Positions 38,233-49,256 of a stretch of 64,000 bases of DNA are shown here, piece by piece. Under the pieces are notes generated by a model. That model had not been told where the DNA came from and ran no database searches. It was given only the letters and a program-made list of their open reading frames with translations. The number at the start of each line of letters is the position of its first letter. Positions within the stretch are counted from its first letter, which is position 1. A program made the position numbers and the translations under genes. The DNA is from Candidatus Hydrogenedentota bacterium (GTDB taxonomy: Bacteria > Hydrogenedentota > Hydrogenedentia > Hydrogenedentales > SLHB01), in NCBI GenBank assembly GCA_045863335.1, contig BTVY01000034.1:13699-77698 (forward strand), in the 5' to 3' direction.

Positions 38233-40668
38233 ATGTTTGTTCATTCCAATCTTTTGAGTCGATTGGGCGCCGTTTGCCTGGCGTGCTGCTGCGCGCTCAC
38301 TGGTTACGCGGTCGCCCAATCTGCCGAGACATGGCGCATCGTCACCGGCCCGGAACACGCCACCGAAGAAGCCACCCGCGTCGCCGTCGACGATCTTACG
38401 ACCGCCTTTGCAGATCACGGACTGATGCTTTCCACTGCCGAAACCGGCAACACCATCCTTGTCGGAAGCGCGGCGCGCGACGCGGCCCCCATCGACACTC
38501 CCGGCGATCCCGAGGGATACGCCTTCAAGACCATCGACCACGACGGTGCTCGCACCGTTCTCGTCAGCGGCGGTTCCGTTATTGGCGAAGTCTATGGCCT
38601 CTACTGGCTAATCGACCGCCTGCGCGTGTACGGCGCCGTTCCCGAGATCAACACGGTTCGCGTTCCGGCCATGAAAATTCGCTTCGGCGCGGCGTGGGGA
38701 CGTCACGGCGGTGGTGGAAATTCGAAAGACGAAATGCGCGCCGCCCTGCGCCAGACGGTCAACTGGGTTTCCGGGCCCGCGGTGCTCGATCTTGTCCCCT
38801 GGAACGCCGAATCGGAAGCCACGGCGAATGCCGCCAACCGCGAGCAGGCCCGCGATCTGATCGACTACGCCCACTCGCTCCACATGAAGTACTTCAGCTT
38901 CGCCAACGAGTTCACCTACCACCCCTCGCTCATCGACGACACCGGCGCCACGTTGTCGCCCTGCGATCCAAAATTCTGGAACGCCGTGCAGGAAAAATTC
39001 CGCATGCTATTCACTGCCCTCCCCGAACTGGACGGCATCGAACTGTGCAACGACGACATCTCCGGCTTCTGGGACGACTACCGCGCCTACGACCTCATGC
39101 ACGAAACACCTGCATGCGACTGGTCCTACGAAAAGCGCTTCCGCACTTTCGTGCAGAAAGTCCATGAGGTTGTCGCCGATGAATTCGACAAGGACTATTT
39201 CCACTTCACATGGAGCCTCACGCCCCACGAAGTGCACACGCAACCCGCCGTGTTCCGCGAGATCTTTACGGACGCCGTGCCCACGAACAACCTCTACCTC
39301 ATCCCCAAGATCACGACGGCGGATCGCTGGTGGCACCAGCCCTACAACCCCACGTTCAACCTCACGCCTCACCAGACGCTGGTCTGTTTCGAAACCATGA
39401 ACTATTACGAAAGCGGCCGCGCGCACATCTTCCCCACCTTTTCAGCCGCGTACTTCCAGGCGGGATTGCAGACCTTCCTCATGCCGGAGAACCCGAACCT
39501 CGTCGGCGCGGCCAGCCTCGCCGGAACCAATGTCGATGGGTGGGACACGCGCAGCGCCCACACGTACATTCTCTACCGCCTCACGTGGGATCCGGATGAG
39601 TCCATCGAACAGATCGCCGAGGACTTCTGCGCCATGCATTTTGGGCGCGACGCCGCCAAGGACATGGCCCGCATCTACCTGCTCACGCCGTCCGCATACA
39701 AGTACGGCCTTCATATCGAACCCGTATCGTACGGGCAGTTCAACTCCTTCATCCACATGCGCGTCGGCACTTTTCCCGCCGAAGGCTATCCCGCCATCGA
39801 CGGCGGCAAGGAGCACCTCGAATTCCTGCGCAAGATCTACCTGCGCTGCAAACCTTGGCGCGACGAAACGCTCGACGACCTGCAGCACGGCCTCGACACG
39901 GCCAATGCCATGCAATCAATCTTCGCCGATGCCAAACCAAAAATTGCCGACCCCGCACTCGCTGAGGACCTTGAGAACCGCCTCGCCATGACCCGCAATC
40001 TCATTCGTACCAACATGGGCTACGTGGAAACCATGCTTGCCTATTTCGCGTACGAGGAGAATTCTCGTGAAGACAATCGGGTGGCCCTCGCGGCGGCGCT
40101 CGACCAATTCCGCACCGCCCGGCAGGATTTCATCGACACGCCCGGCTTCGGCTACGAACTCTTCGGCGTCGATGCCCTGCTGCGCAATGCGGAAGCCTTG
40201 CTCCTGGATCGTGACAACGCGCTGGCGGCGCTTAACCGAAAGCCCACACGATCGCAGCTCGACGCGACCATTGCGGAACAACAGCGGCGCTATACCGAGG
40301 TGTTGGAGAAGCATGCGGACAAGGCTGTGAAATTCGCGCACGTGGAAATCATGGTCGACGGCCGGGACATCCTGAACGTCAAGGGCGACACCTACAAAAT
40401 CGAACACCTGCGCTGGGACTACCCCCATGTCCGCGTCTTCGAGTTCAGTGAGCCGCTCCCCGCGGAGTCCGTCACCGTCATCCCGCGTGACATCGAGTCA
40501 CGGCCCATGCACCCCTTCGTCCTCGAACAACCGGGACCGGACAACGACTACACCGCACGCATCTACCTCGACGACCTCCCCGGCGGCCAGGGCTGGATGA
40601 CCTTCGACCTCTACTACATCCCCCAAGCGCCGGAGAAATTGGGCCTGCAGATCCCGTGGGGAAACTAA
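38233..40668 (+). CDS. Large secreted hypothetical protein, probable glycoside hydrolase (GH67/GH20-type N-terminal domain plus barrel)
   Basis: Signal peptide; EGYAFKT...VSGGSVIGEVYGLY..IDRL..PAMKIR pattern typical of GH67/GH115/GH20 N-domains; adjacent to the sialidase-like gene. Confidence 0.6.
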   Translation: MFVHSNLLSRLGAVCLACCCALTGYAVAQSAETWRIVTGPEHATEEATRVAVDDLTTAFADHGLMLSTAETGNTILVGSAARDAAPIDTPGDPEGYAFKTIDHDGARTVLVSGGSVIGEVYGLYWLIDRLRVYGAVPEINTVRVPAMKIRFGAAWGRHGGGGNSKDEMRAALRQTVNWVSGPAVLDLVPWNAESEATANAANREQARDLIDYAHSLHMKYFSFANEFTYHPSLIDDTGATLSPCDPKFWNAVQEKFRMLFTALPELDGIELCNDDISGFWDDYRAYDLMHETPACDWSYEKRFRTFVQKVHEVVADEFDKDYFHFTWSLTPHEVHTQPAVFREIFTDAVPTNNLYLIPKITTADRWWHQPYNPTFNLTPHQTLVCFETMNYYESGRAHIFPTFSAAYFQAGLQTFLMPENPNLVGAASLAGTNVDGWDTRSAHTYILYRLTWDPDESIEQIAEDFCAMHFGRDAAKDMARIYLLTPSAYKYGLHIEPVSYGQFNSFIHMRVGTFPAEGYPAIDGGKEHLEFLRKIYLRCKPWRDETLDDLQHGLDTANAMQSIFADAKPKIADPALAEDLENRLAMTRNLIRTNMGYVETMLAYFAYEENSREDNRVALAAALDQFRTARQDFIDTPGFGYELFGVDALLRNAEALLLDRDNALAALNRKPTRSQLDATIAEQQRRYTEVLEKHADKAVKFAHVEIMVDGRDILNVKGDTYKIEHLRWDYPHVRVFEFSEPLPAESVTVIPRDIESRPMHPFVLEQPGPDNDYTARIYLDDLPGGQGWMTFDLYYIPQAPEKLGLQIPWGN

Positions 40669-40788
40669 TCGCGATCACATCGATTCTGAAGCAACATATG
40701 GAGTGCGGTCCCTTGGGACTGCTTTGCTCTCAACAGTTCTGATGGGCCTAAGAAGCTGGATAGATGCAGCATCCTTTCGCGCCCTCCA

Positions 40789-41033
40789 TGGCCTGAAAGG
40801 CCTATTTACTTGCAGCCCCAGGTTGGTCCGAACGAAGAGAGGACCTACCTGGGGTACAGAGACCACAATTCCTGGTCATACCCTGAAAGGGTTTCACAAG
40901 GAACGCTCGTCTATGGTATCCCCTTCAGGGAATTGACGTGGGCGGTGGGGCGTGCTGTCCTCGGGTAGGCCTTGCTGCGCGACGGCCAATCACGCCTGCG
41001 GCGTGACTATGAATATGAAGGCCTTTCAGGCCA
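40789..41033. mobile_element. 245-bp MITE-like palindromic element with 15-bp terminal inverted repeats
   Basis: TGGCCTGAAAGGCCT (40789-40803) / AGGCCTTTCAGGCCA (41019-41033); mirrored internal hairpins CCCTGAAAGGG / CCCCTTCAGGG. Confidence 0.65.
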
Positions 41034-41039
41034 CCTCGG

Positions 41040-42068
41040 CTACTCGACGTCCCCGCTTACGTGCCCGACGGCAATCTGCGGCACCGGCGCGTGTACATGG
41101 CACGCGGCCGTGTGGCACCCGCCGACGTTAGTGAGCACCTGTTCCTTTTGGCTGCATGCGGGCAACGCATCCGGGCAACGCGGATGGAAGTGGCATCCCG
41201 ACGGCGGCCGCAAGGGGCTCGGCACGTCGCCTTTCAACACGATGCGCTCGTCTTTGGCGTCCGGGTCCGGAACCGGCACGGCCGATAGCAGCGCACGCGT
41301 ATACGGATGCACCGTCCGCTCGAAGATGTCTTCCGTGGTGCCGTACTCCACGATGCGGCCGAGATACATCACCGCCACGTAATCGGAAATGTGCCGGATG
41401 ACGCTGAGGTCGTGGCCGATAAACAGGTAGGTCAGGTTGAGTTTGTTCTGCAAGTCTTCCATGAGATTCAGGATCTGCGCCTGAATCGACACGTCCAGGG
41501 CCGACACGGGTTCGTCCGCCACGATCAGATCGGGCTCCACCGCCAGCGCGCGCGCCACGCCCAGCCGTTGCCGTTGTCCGCCGCTGAACTCGTGAGGATA
41601 CCGGTCCGCCGCTTCCGGCGGCAGCCCGACGAGTTCGAGCAACTCGATGACGCGGTCCCGGCGCTTGGCTTTGGGCGCCAGCCGGTGCACGCGTAGAATC
41701 TCGCTCAACATGGAATAGACCGTCATCCGCGGGTTCAATGATCCGTAGGGGTCCTGAAAGATGATCTGCATGCGCTTGCGCATCTCGCGCAGCTCGCGCC
41801 GCCGTAACGTGGTTACATCAACACCGTCAAACCGCACGACACCCGATGTCGGCTCGATTAACCGCAGAATCGCACGGCCGCAGGTCGTCTTGCCGCTTCC
41901 GCTTTCGCCGACCAGGCTCAAGGTCTTCCCGCGCGGAATCGCGAAACTCACGCCATCGACTGCGCGCACTGCGCCGACAGTCCGAGAAAACACGCCCTTG
42001 CGGACGGGGAAATGTTTTACGAGATCCTCGACTACCAGCAGTTCACCGTTGTGCGCGACGCCGCTCAT
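41040..42068 (-). CDS. oppF: Oligopeptide/dipeptide ABC transporter ATP-binding protein (OppF/DppF)
   Basis: [24 protein letters not shown] and C-terminal [10 protein letters not shown]. Confidence 0.9.
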   Translation of the reverse strand: MSGVAHNGELLVVEDLVKHFPVRKGVFSRTVGAVRAVDGVSFAIPRGKTLSLVGESGSGKTTCGRAILRLIEPTSGVVRFDGVDVTTLRRRELREMRKRMQIIFQDPYGSLNPRMTVYSMLSEILRVHRLAPKAKRRDRVIELLELVGLPPEAADRYPHEFSGGQRQRLGVARALAVEPDLIVADEPVSALDVSIQAQILNLMEDLQNKLNLTYLFIGHDLSVIRHISDYVAVMYLGRIVEYGTTEDIFERTVHPYTRALLSAVPVPDPDAKDERIVLKGDVPSPLRPPSGCHFHPRCPDALPACSQKEQVLTNVGGCHTAACHVHAPVPQIAVGHVSGDVE

Positions 42069-43105
42069 GCCGGATAGCCCACCTTGCCGGGAACGCCCAC
42101 GGGCCGGTCCTGCTCGCCCATGACCCCGGTGTCATGCAGCCAGCAAGCCGTCGGATGCCCTGCGGTCATCGGCTCCAGCGGAGGCTCCCTGTGCGGGCAC
42201 ACGTCCATCACGTAGGGACAGCGCGGATGAAAACGACACCCCGAAGGAAAGTTGGTCGCGGCGGGCACGTTGCCTTTGATCGTGCGCAACCGCTCGCCGC
42301 CTTGATGGGTCCCCGGCAGCGATTCGAAAAGCCCAACGGTGTACGGATGCTTCGGCGCGTTGAACAGTTCGCGCACTGGCGCATGCTCCACGATTCTTCC
42401 CGCGTACATGATCGCCACTTCTTCCGCGGTCTCCGCCACGATGCCGAGATCGTGCGTAATCAGCAGCATGGCCATGCCGGTCTCCGCCTGAAGCTGTTGC
42501 AGGAGGTCCAGGATCTGCGCCTGGATCGTCACGTCCAACGCCGTCGTCGGCTCGTCGGCGATCAGCAAACGCGGTCCGCAGGCGAGCGCCATGGCGATCA
42601 TGACGCGCTGCCGCATTCCGCCCGACATCTGGTGCGGATAGTCGTCGACGCGATCCTCGGGCGACGGAATGCCCACCTTGGCGAGCAGCTCGATCGTCTG
42701 GTTCCGCGCTTCCTTCTTGGAAACCCTCTTGTGCACGCGAATCGCGGCGCCGATTTGACTCCCCACGCGAAACACGGGATTCAGCGAAGTCATCGGCTCC
42801 TGAAAGATCATGGAAATCTCATTGCCGCGAAGCCCCCGCATCTGCTTCTCGGTGAGCTTCAGGAGGTCCTTTCCATCGAGCAGAATCTCGCCGTCCACGT
42901 AGCGCCCCGGCGGCTGCGGGATCAGCCGCATGATCGACAGGGCCGTCACGCTTTTTCCGCAGCCGCTCTCGCCAACCAGGGCGATGGTTTTGCCGGCCGG
43001 AATATCCAGCGACACGCCATCCACCGCGTGCGCCTCGCCGTAGTCCGTGCGAAACCACGTCTTGAGATTGCGAATCTGCAGGGCCGGCTGAGTAACATCA
43101 TTCAT
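42065..43105 (-). CDS. oppD: Oligopeptide/dipeptide ABC transporter ATP-binding protein (OppD/DppD)
   Basis: [20 protein letters not shown] and DEPTTALD. Confidence 0.9.
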   Translation of the reverse strand: MNDVTQPALQIRNLKTWFRTDYGEAHAVDGVSLDIPAGKTIALVGESGCGKSVTALSIMRLIPQPPGRYVDGEILLDGKDLLKLTEKQMRGLRGNEISMIFQEPMTSLNPVFRVGSQIGAAIRVHKRVSKKEARNQTIELLAKVGIPSPEDRVDDYPHQMSGGMRQRVMIAMALACGPRLLIADEPTTALDVTIQAQILDLLQQLQAETGMAMLLITHDLGIVAETAEEVAIMYAGRIVEHAPVRELFNAPKHPYTVGLFESLPGTHQGGERLRTIKGNVPAATNFPSGCRFHPRCPYVMDVCPHREPPLEPMTAGHPTACWLHDTGVMGEQDRPVGVPGKVGYPA

Positions 43106-43107
43106 GA

Positions 43108-44151
43108 TTACATCCTCAGCCGCGGGTCCATCGCGTCCCGCAGACCTTCACCGACGAGGTTGAAGGCCGTCACCGTCACGAAGATCGCGACCCCTGGAAA
43201 CGTCACCAGCCACCATGCGCCGCGGTGCAGATAGCTCTGCGATTGCGCCAGCAGCTCGCCCCAGCTCGCGGTAGGCGGCGGCACACCGAATCCGAGGAAA
43301 CTCAGCGCGCTTTCCGTCAGGATGGCCGATGCCACGCCGAAGGTCGCCGCGACCAGCACGGGCGAAAGCGCGTTCGGCAGGATATGGCGGAAGATGATGC
43401 GGAAGTCCCTCAGCCCCGAAGCCCGCGCCGCCATGGCGAACTCGCTGTCCCGCAGTTTCAGGAATTCGCCGCGCACGAGCCGCGCCGCGCCGGTCCAACT
43501 GAACAGGCCGAGTACGATCATCACGTTGTAAATGCTGGGCGGCAGGAAGGCCATCACCGCGAGGATGAGAAAGAAAACCGGGAAGCACAACACGATCTCG
43601 ATGATGCGCAAGATAATGGCGTCGATGACGCCTCCGTAGTATCCCGCCAACGATCCCAGGATCACGCCAATAAGAATCGCAATCCCCGTGGCTACGAATC
43701 CCACCGACATGGAAATGCGTGTGCCCCAGATCACCCGGCTCAGCACGTCGCGGCCGCGGTCGTCGGTGCCGAGCCAATGGTCTTTGTCCGGCGCGCCCAC
43801 GCGGTTGCGCAAGTCGGACCGCTCGGGAGCATACGGAATAAGGGGCCGTATCGCCCGCTCGCCCTCGCCCGGCTCCCAGCGGCTCCAATCCACCGACACC
43901 AGCGCCTTGTAATTGAGCACGTTCGGCAAAAGATAGCTCTCGCCCTGGTACACCACGTAGATCGGCACTTCGCCCGCGAGGAAAGGCGCCGCCAAAGCAA
44001 CAACGCCCAGGAATACGAGAAGCACCAGCGAAACGACGGCCTGCTTTCGCTTGCGGAATTGGCGCGCCACGAGCCGCCAATAGCCTTCCTTGCGGCGCTT
44101 CTTCGGCAGTGCCACGGGGTCCTGATTCTGGAGTTCCATGGCCGCGCTCAT
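43108..44151 (-). CDS. oppC: Peptide ABC transporter permease (OppC)
   Basis: [22 protein letters not shown] and [15 protein letters not shown]. Confidence 0.9.
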   Translation of the reverse strand: MSAAMELQNQDPVALPKKRRKEGYWRLVARQFRKRKQAVVSLVLLVFLGVVALAAPFLAGEVPIYVVYQGESYLLPNVLNYKALVSVDWSRWEPGEGERAIRPLIPYAPERSDLRNRVGAPDKDHWLGTDDRGRDVLSRVIWGTRISMSVGFVATGIAILIGVILGSLAGYYGGVIDAIILRIIEIVLCFPVFFLILAVMAFLPPSIYNVMIVLGLFSWTGAARLVRGEFLKLRDSEFAMAARASGLRDFRIIFRHILPNALSPVLVAATFGVASAILTESALSFLGFGVPPPTASWGELLAQSQSYLHRGAWWLVTFPGVAIFVTVTAFNLVGEGLRDAMDPRLRM

Positions 44152-45143
44152 TCGAAACGAATCCTCGGATCGGTCAACGCGTACAGGATGTCGGAAACGA
44201 TCAACCCCACCAGCGTGAGCAGCGCGGAAATCGCGAGGATGCCCATGACGAGCGGGTAGTCGCGCGACAGGATGGCTTCAAACCCGAGGCGCCCCATGCC
44301 GGGAATCGAAAAAATCTGCTCGATGATCACGCTGCCGCCCAGCAGCGCGGGTAGCAAGGTGCCGAGCAATGTGATGATCGGGATAAGCGAGTTGCGGAAG
44401 GCGTACTTGAAAATCACGACCTTGTTCGAAAACCCATAGGCCCGCGCCGTGCGGATGTAGTCTTGCCGGATCACATCGATCATGCCCGACCTTGCGTACC
44501 GCGAAATGTAGGCGAACCCGGTATACGTCAAGCAAAACGTCGGCAGCGCCAAATGCCACATCCGGTCTTTGACCCACGGCCACCACGCCATCTGATCGGC
44601 GCCCAACGAATTGATCCCGTAGATGGGGAACCAATCGAGGAATTGTCCACCGCCGAGAAAGTAGATCAGCAGCATCGCCACCCAGAAACTCGGCAGGCTG
44701 TACAGGAGGAACAAAACGAACGTCGTGAACGAATCCGCCCACGTCGCTTGCTTCACCGCGCTGAACACGCCCAGGGGAACCGATAGCAGATAGATGATGA
44801 GGATGGAAAGGATGTTGATTTGCAGCGTGATCGGCAAGGCTTCGCCGATCTTCTCGAGCACGGGCCGCCGGTCTTTGTAGGACGTCCCAAAGTCAAAGGT
44901 CACGAGCCGCTTCAGCCACAACGCGTACTGCACGGGAATGGGCTTGTCGAGACCGTACAGTTCCTTGGTGCGCTGGATAACCTCCTCCGGCACGCTGTCC
45001 GAGCCCATGGCGCCCTGGATCTTCATGAGCCGCAAGCTCACCGGATTGCCCGGCGCAAGCTGAATCACCGCGAAACTCAACGCGCTGATCCCGAGAAACG
45101 TGGGAATGAGAAGGAGGAAACGTCGAATGAGATACGCCTTCAT
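44148..45143 (-). CDS. oppB: Peptide ABC transporter permease (OppB)
   Basis: YGLDKPIPVQY, DYIRTARAYG and DILYALTDPRIR. Confidence 0.9.
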   Translation of the reverse strand: MKAYLIRRFLLLIPTFLGISALSFAVIQLAPGNPVSLRLMKIQGAMGSDSVPEEVIQRTKELYGLDKPIPVQYALWLKRLVTFDFGTSYKDRRPVLEKIGEALPITLQINILSILIIYLLSVPLGVFSAVKQATWADSFTTFVLFLLYSLPSFWVAMLLIYFLGGGQFLDWFPIYGINSLGADQMAWWPWVKDRMWHLALPTFCLTYTGFAYISRYARSGMIDVIRQDYIRTARAYGFSNKVVIFKYAFRNSLIPIITLLGTLLPALLGGSVIIEQIFSIPGMGRLGFEAILSRDYPLVMGILAISALLTLVGLIVSDILYALTDPRIRFE

Positions 45144-45321
45144 CGACGGGCACTCCCAGGCACGTGGCCCCGGCGAAGATCTATCCTGTTGTCGTTCCCG
45201 TCCGAGCGACGATCCATCCCACCATCATCCTCGCGAAAGCAGGATTCCATCCTTGGCTTGCCAAAACCTGCCACGTTAGACCGTAACATCCAAATCTCTT
45301 CAACTACACTATGCATCGAAA

Positions 45322-47019
45322 CTACGGATAACGTTGATCTGCCAACGGCACCCACCACTCTGAAACATCAAGCCCCAGACGGTACACATGGACCCCGTGG
45401 AACCGTTTGTCCACAGCCGCCAGGGCCTTCAAACTCCACAAGAAGATGTAAGGCTGATCTTCATGAAGAATCTCATGGACCCGATGAAACATGGGGATGC
45501 GTTTGTCGCGATCGAACTCGAGCCGAATATCCTCCAGCAGTTTGTCGATCTCCGGGTTCTTGTAACCGGGGTAGTTGGACCCTTTCTCCGCCTGCGTCGA
45601 ATGCCAGATCTGGTAGGGGTCGCTATTCGGCGGAATCGCCCAGGACAACGTCACCGCGTCAAACTCGCGCTTCGTCAAGTTCTCAATGAACGTCGCCCAT
45701 TCGATGAATCGAATGTTCATTTCGATTCCCGCGCGCTTCAATTCTTCCTGATACACGGTGGCCATGGTGGACATCTCGGTGCTGCCCGGCGGGAGCATGA
45801 ACTCGAAAGCCAGCTTCTCGCCGTCCTTGTCACGCACGCCGTCCGCGTTGGAATCCACCCATCCCGCTTCGTCGAGCAGGGCCTTCGCGCGTTCCGGATC
45901 GAAGGGCCACGGTTCGATGGTTTCATCATACTCCGGACTGTTCAAATCCGCCGGCCCAGTCACCACTTTCCCCAAACCGAAAAGTACCGTTTCGAGGATC
46001 TCCTGGCGATCCAACAACATCGTCAGGGCCTGCCGCACGCGCTTGTCCGCGAATTTGGGCTTGCGCAGGTTCCAGCCAATGTATCCGTAGCTCGCGGCGT
46101 ACCCGGTGCGGCCCCAGTAGGTGTGCTTGTTGAACTTGGCCTCGAACTGCGGCGCCGACGCCTGGTTCTCCCATTGTTCCGGGGTAAGCCCCATCACGTC
46201 GATTTCCTGCCGCTGCATCACCTGAAACGCGGCGTTGTCGTCCGTGATGAACTTGTACACCAGCTTGTCTGGATGCGCCGCCCGGCTGGGATCCCAGAAG
46301 TTCGGATTGCGCGCCAGCACGATCTGCTGGTTCGTGTCCCACCTTTCAAACACGTATGGTCCTGACCCCACCGGATGCCGGTTGAAGGAGCCGGTGTTGA
46401 AATCGCCCTCGCCATAGACATGGGCCGGGTAGACGGGCATGCCGGACAGCATCACGGCGTGACGATAGTACGGCTTGTCGCACGTAAACTTAATCGTGTA
46501 ATCATCAATCAGCTCGACGCTCGTCACGTCCTGGTAATAGTTCCGGATATCTGCCGTCTCGTTCTGCGTGTTCTGGATCGCATCGAACGTAAACTTCACG
46601 TCCTTGGCCGTCACCGGCGTACCATCCGAAAACTTCGCGTCCTTCCGCATGTAGAAGGTGTATGTGAGATGGTCCTCGGACACCTCGTACCGCTCGGCGA
46701 GCATGGGCTCCAGTTCGAAGGTGTCCTTGTTCATGTCCAGGAGCGAATCAAATATGTCCTCGGTGATTCGGAACGTATAGGCGTCGGACGTATCAAGCAT
46801 CGGGTTCAGGATCTGCGGTTCTACCGCAAACCGGTTGATCACCCAGTCGCCGTTGACGGGTTCGCCATCGTTGACACCTGCGGCCTGGCCGTCTTGCGCG
46901 GCATCTGCCGGTGGCGTGTCGACGGCGGGTTCGCTGGGCCCACCGCAACCACTAACGAGCAAGACGATCGACAGCAGGCAGAGAGAGAACGGATAGAGGA
47001 CGGTCCGTCGTACGATCAT
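45322..47019 (-). CDS. oppA: Peptide ABC transporter substrate-binding lipoprotein (family 5, AppA/OppA-like)
   Basis: Lipobox LVSGC; KFSDGTPVTAKDVKFT, PVGSGPY and DKRVRQAL. Confidence 0.88.
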   Translation of the reverse strand: MIVRRTVLYPFSLCLLSIVLLVSGCGGPSEPAVDTPPADAAQDGQAAGVNDGEPVNGDWVINRFAVEPQILNPMLDTSDAYTFRITEDIFDSLLDMNKDTFELEPMLAERYEVSEDHLTYTFYMRKDAKFSDGTPVTAKDVKFTFDAIQNTQNETADIRNYYQDVTSVELIDDYTIKFTCDKPYYRHAVMLSGMPVYPAHVYGEGDFNTGSFNRHPVGSGPYVFERWDTNQQIVLARNPNFWDPSRAAHPDKLVYKFITDDNAAFQVMQRQEIDVMGLTPEQWENQASAPQFEAKFNKHTYWGRTGYAASYGYIGWNLRKPKFADKRVRQALTMLLDRQEILETVLFGLGKVVTGPADLNSPEYDETIEPWPFDPERAKALLDEAGWVDSNADGVRDKDGEKLAFEFMLPPGSTEMSTMATVYQEELKRAGIEMNIRFIEWATFIENLTKREFDAVTLSWAIPPNSDPYQIWHSTQAEKGSNYPGYKNPEIDKLLEDIRLEFDRDKRIPMFHRVHEILHEDQPYIFLWSLKALAAVDKRFHGVHVYRLGLDVSEWWVPLADQRYP

Positions 47020-47304
47020 TGTGTACTCCGTCGTTTGAACAAAACCAGATACGCAGGAGCGCGAAGCGCGCCAGATTGAATCAACATACTACCATAAAGC
47101 CTGCGGAGTGCGAAAAACGCCGACGCGATGGTGTATTCCACAGCCGGGCTCGTCGGTGTCAGCGGTAAGCTATCGCGCGGATCCGGCCGATCCGGCCGAT
47201 CGGTCCAATCTACTAAGACGCAATTGGCGGACCCACGAACTAACCCCCATGCCTCGCGGCAGCCTTGCGCGAGGACGCCCAGCCGCTACCGGGCAGACCG
47301 CCGG

Positions 47305-47333
47305 TTGACAGCTTCCCGGTTCCAGAGCAAAAT
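47305..47333 (+). promoter_or_regulatory. Candidate sigma70 promoter for the sulfatase
   Basis: TTGACA-N17-CAAAAT, 36 bp before ATG with GAGGAGG RBS. Confidence 0.55.
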
Positions 47334-47369
47334 GATTCATAACCCGTCATCACGAGGAGGTTCATCGCC

Positions 47370-48905
47370 ATGCCGCTACGACCCACGCGCCGGAGTTTCC
47401 TGGCATCCACCGCCGCGGCCACGCTTGCCGCTTCCGCTTCCTCCGCCCCGGCACGGCCTAATTACAAGCCAAACCTCCTTTTCATCTGGACCGACGAGCA
47501 ACGCGCGGACACCATCGATATCTACGGCAACGCCCGCATCCAAACGCCGAATCTCTCCAAACTTGCCGCCGAAAGCATCGTATTCGAGAACGCCTACGTG
47601 AGCCAGCCCGTGTGTACGCCCTCGCGCTCGACGGTGTTAACCGGCCTTTGGCCGCACCAGAACGGTTGCCGCCAGAACAACATCGCCTTGTCCTACGACG
47701 TCCCTGCGTTCCCCAAACTCGTCGACGACCCGGACTACCGGAGCGGCTATTTCGGCAAATGGCATCTTGGCGACGAGATCTTCCCGCAACATGGGTTCGA
47801 GGAATGGCGCGGCATCGAGGACGGCTACTGGCGCTACTACCGCGAAGACCGGGATATCTCGAAAAACAGCGACTATGCCGCATGGCTGGTGAGCCAGGGT
47901 CACACCCCCACGGAAGATCGCGGCGGCTTTTCGCGCAATTATGCGGCGTCGCTGCCCATCGAGCAGTGCAAGCCCAAGTTCCTGGAGCTGGAGGCCTGCG
48001 ACTTCCTGCGCCGGCATCGCGATGAGCCCTTCATCCTGCACGTGAACTTCCTCGAACCCCATATGCCGTTCACGGGTCCCCTGAATGAACTGCATGGATT
48101 GGACGACGTCACCCTGCCCGCGAACCATGACGATCCCCTGGAAGAAAACGAACCGCTGTCGTACCGAATGCGGTCGGAAAAGTACAAGGGGATATACACG
48201 GGCAATCTGGACCTCGCCACCGAAGCCGGGTGGCGGCGTCTCATTGCGAACTACTGGGGACTCGTCAGCCAGGTGGACCGCAGCGTCGGCGCGATCCTGG
48301 CCACCCTCGAAGAACTTGGGCTCGCTGAGGACACCATCGTCGTCTACACCTCCGACCACGGCGACATGATGGGGTCTCACAAGCTGGTGGAAAAGGGCTA
48401 CATGTACGAAGAGGCCATGCGCGTGCCGTGGCTTATCCGCTACCCGCTGTTCCAGCGCCGGCACGAGTTGATGAAGGGCCGGTTCAGCCACATCGATCTC
48501 GTGCCAACCCTGCTCGACCTCATGGGCGCCGTCGTGCCCGACACCTTGCCCGGCAAGAGCCTTGTCCCGCGCATGAAAGGCGCGCGGATCGCCGACCAGC
48601 CCGTGTTTGTGGAATGGAATGCCCCGGAGGCCATGGGGGAAGGCCGCAACCCCGCCGGCGCCACACGCGACGCCACGCAAACCGCCGGTCCCCACTCGCG
48701 CACCATCATTTCCCCCGACGGCTGGAAGCTGACGCTGAACGTGGGCGATTCGAGCCAGCTCTTCTACCTCCGCGAAGATCCCGGCGACACGACGAACCTC
48801 ATCGATCGCGACGAGCACCGCCCCGTTATCCAACGCCTCACCGCCGAACTCCGCGCCTGGCAACAACGCACCGGCGACACGCTGGAGTTACCGGACCTGG
48901 TCTAA
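47370..48905 (+). CDS. Tat-exported formylglycine-dependent sulfatase (S1 family)
   Basis: Tat motif TRRSFL; CTPSR (CxPxR), GKWHLG and SDHGD. Confidence 0.92.
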   Translation: MPLRPTRRSFLASTAAATLAASASSAPARPNYKPNLLFIWTDEQRADTIDIYGNARIQTPNLSKLAAESIVFENAYVSQPVCTPSRSTVLTGLWPHQNGCRQNNIALSYDVPAFPKLVDDPDYRSGYFGKWHLGDEIFPQHGFEEWRGIEDGYWRYYREDRDISKNSDYAAWLVSQGHTPTEDRGGFSRNYAASLPIEQCKPKFLELEACDFLRRHRDEPFILHVNFLEPHMPFTGPLNELHGLDDVTLPANHDDPLEENEPLSYRMRSEKYKGIYTGNLDLATEAGWRRLIANYWGLVSQVDRSVGAILATLEELGLAEDTIVVYTSDHGDMMGSHKLVEKGYMYEEAMRVPWLIRYPLFQRRHELMKGRFSHIDLVPTLLDLMGAVVPDTLPGKSLVPRMKGARIADQPVFVEWNAPEAMGEGRNPAGATRDATQTAGPHSRTIISPDGWKLTLNVGDSSQLFYLREDPGDTTNLIDRDEHRPVIQRLTAELRAWQQRTGDTLELPDLV

Positions 48906-48964
48906 GCATGCGCTACGACACAAGGTGAAGCGCTGGATCATACGATCGCGCACGGATCGATCTT

Positions 48965-49195
48965 AAGAACATCCCCCTTGGTCCCCCTTCAAAGGGGGAA
49001 TCGGCCCAAGTTCATTTGTGGGTAGTCACGAAGTTCACTGCCAGGGATAACGCTGAACTGATGGTGAATGCCGTAACGCTTCATGGTGCGTTCGGGACAT
49101 GAAGAGGGCCTGAGTCTAGGGCGTATCGTGCAGAACGACCGGTAAACAATGCTGTGCACAGTTCCCCCTTTGAAGGGGGCAAGGGGGATGTTCTT
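48965..49195. repeat. Inverted pair of the 36-bp CCCCCTTCAAAGGGGG element around a longer interior
   Basis: Copies at 48965-49000 (forward) and 49162-49195 (reverse). Confidence 0.88.
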
Positions 49196-49197
49196 CA

Positions 49198-49252
49198 GAT
49201 TTTGATCATTCGAATTTGTTTCGGATTTCGTGCTTCGGATTTCGAATTTGGG
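49198..49252. repeat. 55-bp heptamer-period element, copy 2
   Basis: 52/55 identical to 17871-17925; abuts the 36-bp element and lies 4 bp past the lolD stop. Confidence 0.85.
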
Positions 49253-49256
49253 GCTA

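Noticed and set aside
45222-45250. Degenerate CATCCTCGCGAAAGCAGGAT REP-like hairpin between oppA and oppB
   Set aside because: Imperfect, with only weak look-alikes at about 17155 and 59460; not enough to define a family from this window.
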